From an uncultured Acidimicrobiaceae bacterium (lineage in GTDB: Bacteria; Actinomycetota; Acidimicrobiia; Acidimicrobiales; RAAP-2): 64,000 nucleotides of DNA. Shown piece by piece: positions 62,585-64,000 of the stretch (its first letter is position 1; each line of letters begins with the position of its first letter). Position numbers and translations under genes: made by a program. The notes below the pieces were generated by a model. It made no database searches, had not been told where the DNA came from, and saw only the letters and a program-made list of their open reading frames with translations. The stretch lies in NCBI GenBank assembly GCA_963713375.1, contig CAVQLP010000010.1, forward strand, positions 7,969 through 71,968, in the 5' to 3' direction.

Positions 62585-63122
62585 TCAGGGCGGCGAGCCT
62601 CCCACGGGCTTCCCTGGGCCAGCCTCGGCCAGGGCCTGGCGCAGGCGCTCGAGAAAGGCGCGTCTGAGCTGGGATGATCTTGGTGAGCGCCCGCTCGAGG
62701 GGCAGCCATTCGATCCGGTCGACCTCGGGGAACTCGGCCAGGCGGCCCGATCCCCGGGGCCACTCCATCTCGAAGGTGTTGCTGGAGGCGCCGGTCAGGT
62801 CGAGATCCCCCTCGAGGGCCCAGGCCGTGACCCGCTTGCCGCTGCGCTGGGTCACCTCGCCCAGGGGCCACGGCCGGCCGGGCGGGAGCGGGAGCCCGGT
62901 CTCCTCGGCGAACTCGCGCCGGGCCGCGGCCAGGGCGTCGTCGCCCTCCTCGTACTCGCCCTTGGGGACCGACCACACCCCCTCGTCCTTCCGGGCCCAG
63001 AACGGACCGCCGGGGTGGGCCAGGAGCACCTCGAGGCCGGCGGAGGTCGTCCGGTAGAGCAGGAGTCCGGCGCTGCGGGCGGGCACGCCGCGATGCTGCC
63101 GCTCCGGCGCACGTGCGGGCAA
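62585..63122 (-). pseudogene. NUDIX domain protein; one frame change near 62660
   Basis: SAGLLLYR..LEVLLAHPGGPFWARKDEGVWSVPKGE..AARREFAEETGL..SNTFEMEWPRGSG..FPEVDR. A shift restores FLERLRQALAEAGPGKPVGGSPP-stop at 62585-62587. Confidence 0.7.
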
Positions 63123-63314
63123 TGCGGGCGCGAACGCCCTGGCCAGCGGGGTTCAGCGGGACCTCCGCCGAGCCGGTCGGCCGCAGGCCGACTGCCCTCT
63201 CCCAGGGGCTCTCACTAGGATGCGCCGGCGGCGAGGCCGGTCGCGACGCCCGTCGACGCGACGGCCACGTGGACCAGCGGTCAGTCCCGACCGCTCATTT
63301 CGCACCCCGACACC

Positions 63315-64000
63315 ATGAGCCCCCCGACTGCCGAAAACGACCCCGTCCACAAGGGCCTCCACGAACTGGGCCAGCAGGTGGACCAGGGTGCGCCGCCGCC
63401 GGACCCGGCCGACAACCCGGTCGAACGGGGACTGCACGAGCTGGGCCGCCAGATCGACGAGGCCGAGCGGAGGCGGGCCGGCCGGGTCGGACCGGGGCCG
63501 AGCCGGGCCCGGGGCCGGGGCAGGGGGCGCACGCCGCCGCCCGCCCGCGCCGTTCGCGGCGCCGGACGGTGACCTACGTGCTGGGCACGATCGGGCTGGT
63601 GATGGCCCTCCTGGTCGGGGCCACGGCCGGCTACGCCTGGTACCTCAACCACGAGATCCACCGGATCGATCTCCACAACCTGACCTCGGCCCCGGTCAAG
63701 GGCGAGGACGCGGGCACGGAGAACATCTTGATGATCGGCTCCACGTCGCGCTGTGCCCTGACCGTGCAGAACCCGGCCTACGGCCTGTGCTCGCAAGGGG
63801 TCAACGGCGTCAACAGCGACGTGGTGATGATCCTCCACCTCAACCCGGCCAACCACACGCTCGCCATCCTCTCCATCCCCCGCGACCTGTTCGTGCCCAA
63901 TGCGCGCTCGGACGGCGCCAACAAGATCGACGCCGCGCTCTTCCAGGGGCCCGACCAGCTGATCGACGCCATCGAGGAGGACTACGGCATTCCGATCCAG
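63315..64000 (+). pseudogene. LCP (LytR-CpsA-Psr) family protein; 3' partial; one frame change near 63480 between the cytoplasmic tail and the TM helix
   Basis: RPRRSRRRTVTYVLGTIGLVMALLVGATAGYAWYL (TM helix), then ENILMIGSTSR..NSDVVMILHLNP..LAILSIPRDL. The upstream 85-aa ORF from ATG 63315 supplies the acidic/basic N-tail. Alternatively the gene starts at GTG 63569. Confidence 0.7.

Overview
High-GC (about 68-72% by eye, not computed) Actinomycetota-type chromosomal segment. I saw no rRNA, CRISPR array, transposase or integrase. The backbone is conserved housekeeping synteny, in this order:
- a MurL-like/MurD2-like pair
- a small stress cluster (Rho_N protein, CsbD, MscS-like, hemerythrin)
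- topA-tmk-holB followed by tRNA-Thr
- H+-pyrophosphatase
- an APC permease plus two TrkA genes
- a HAD-IB hydrolase and a group-2-like sigma-70
- nadE divergent from glnA-glnR
- ridA with a compact XDH-like gene
- erpA divergent from mrp
- whiB plus two ArsA/Get3-like ATPases
- tRNA-Pro

Accessory content:
- a roughly 6.1 kb giant secreted surface-protein gene with four ~449-bp tandem units
- a 6.7 kb segment bracketed by tRNA-Thr and a displaced tRNA 3' half (SARP regulator plus YVTN/PKD/IPT secreted protein)
- a lower-GC region after tRNA-Pro (orphan lipoprotein, arsR / arsI-aquaporin-arsC, DUF3024)
- a PadR repressor paired with a membrane protein carrying two PASTA domains
- a NarL-type two-component system with a TasA-like gene and a zinc-ribbon gene

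The dominant oddity is that about half of the genes need one or more frame changes to be read. Meanwhile about 11 kb of essential genes (holB to trkA) are uninterrupted. Genes that need frame changes are called pseudogene here, meaning 'not translatable as one ORF in this sequence'. Assembly indels are an equally likely cause. All family calls rest on motifs I read in the translations and on remembered family features. No searches were run.
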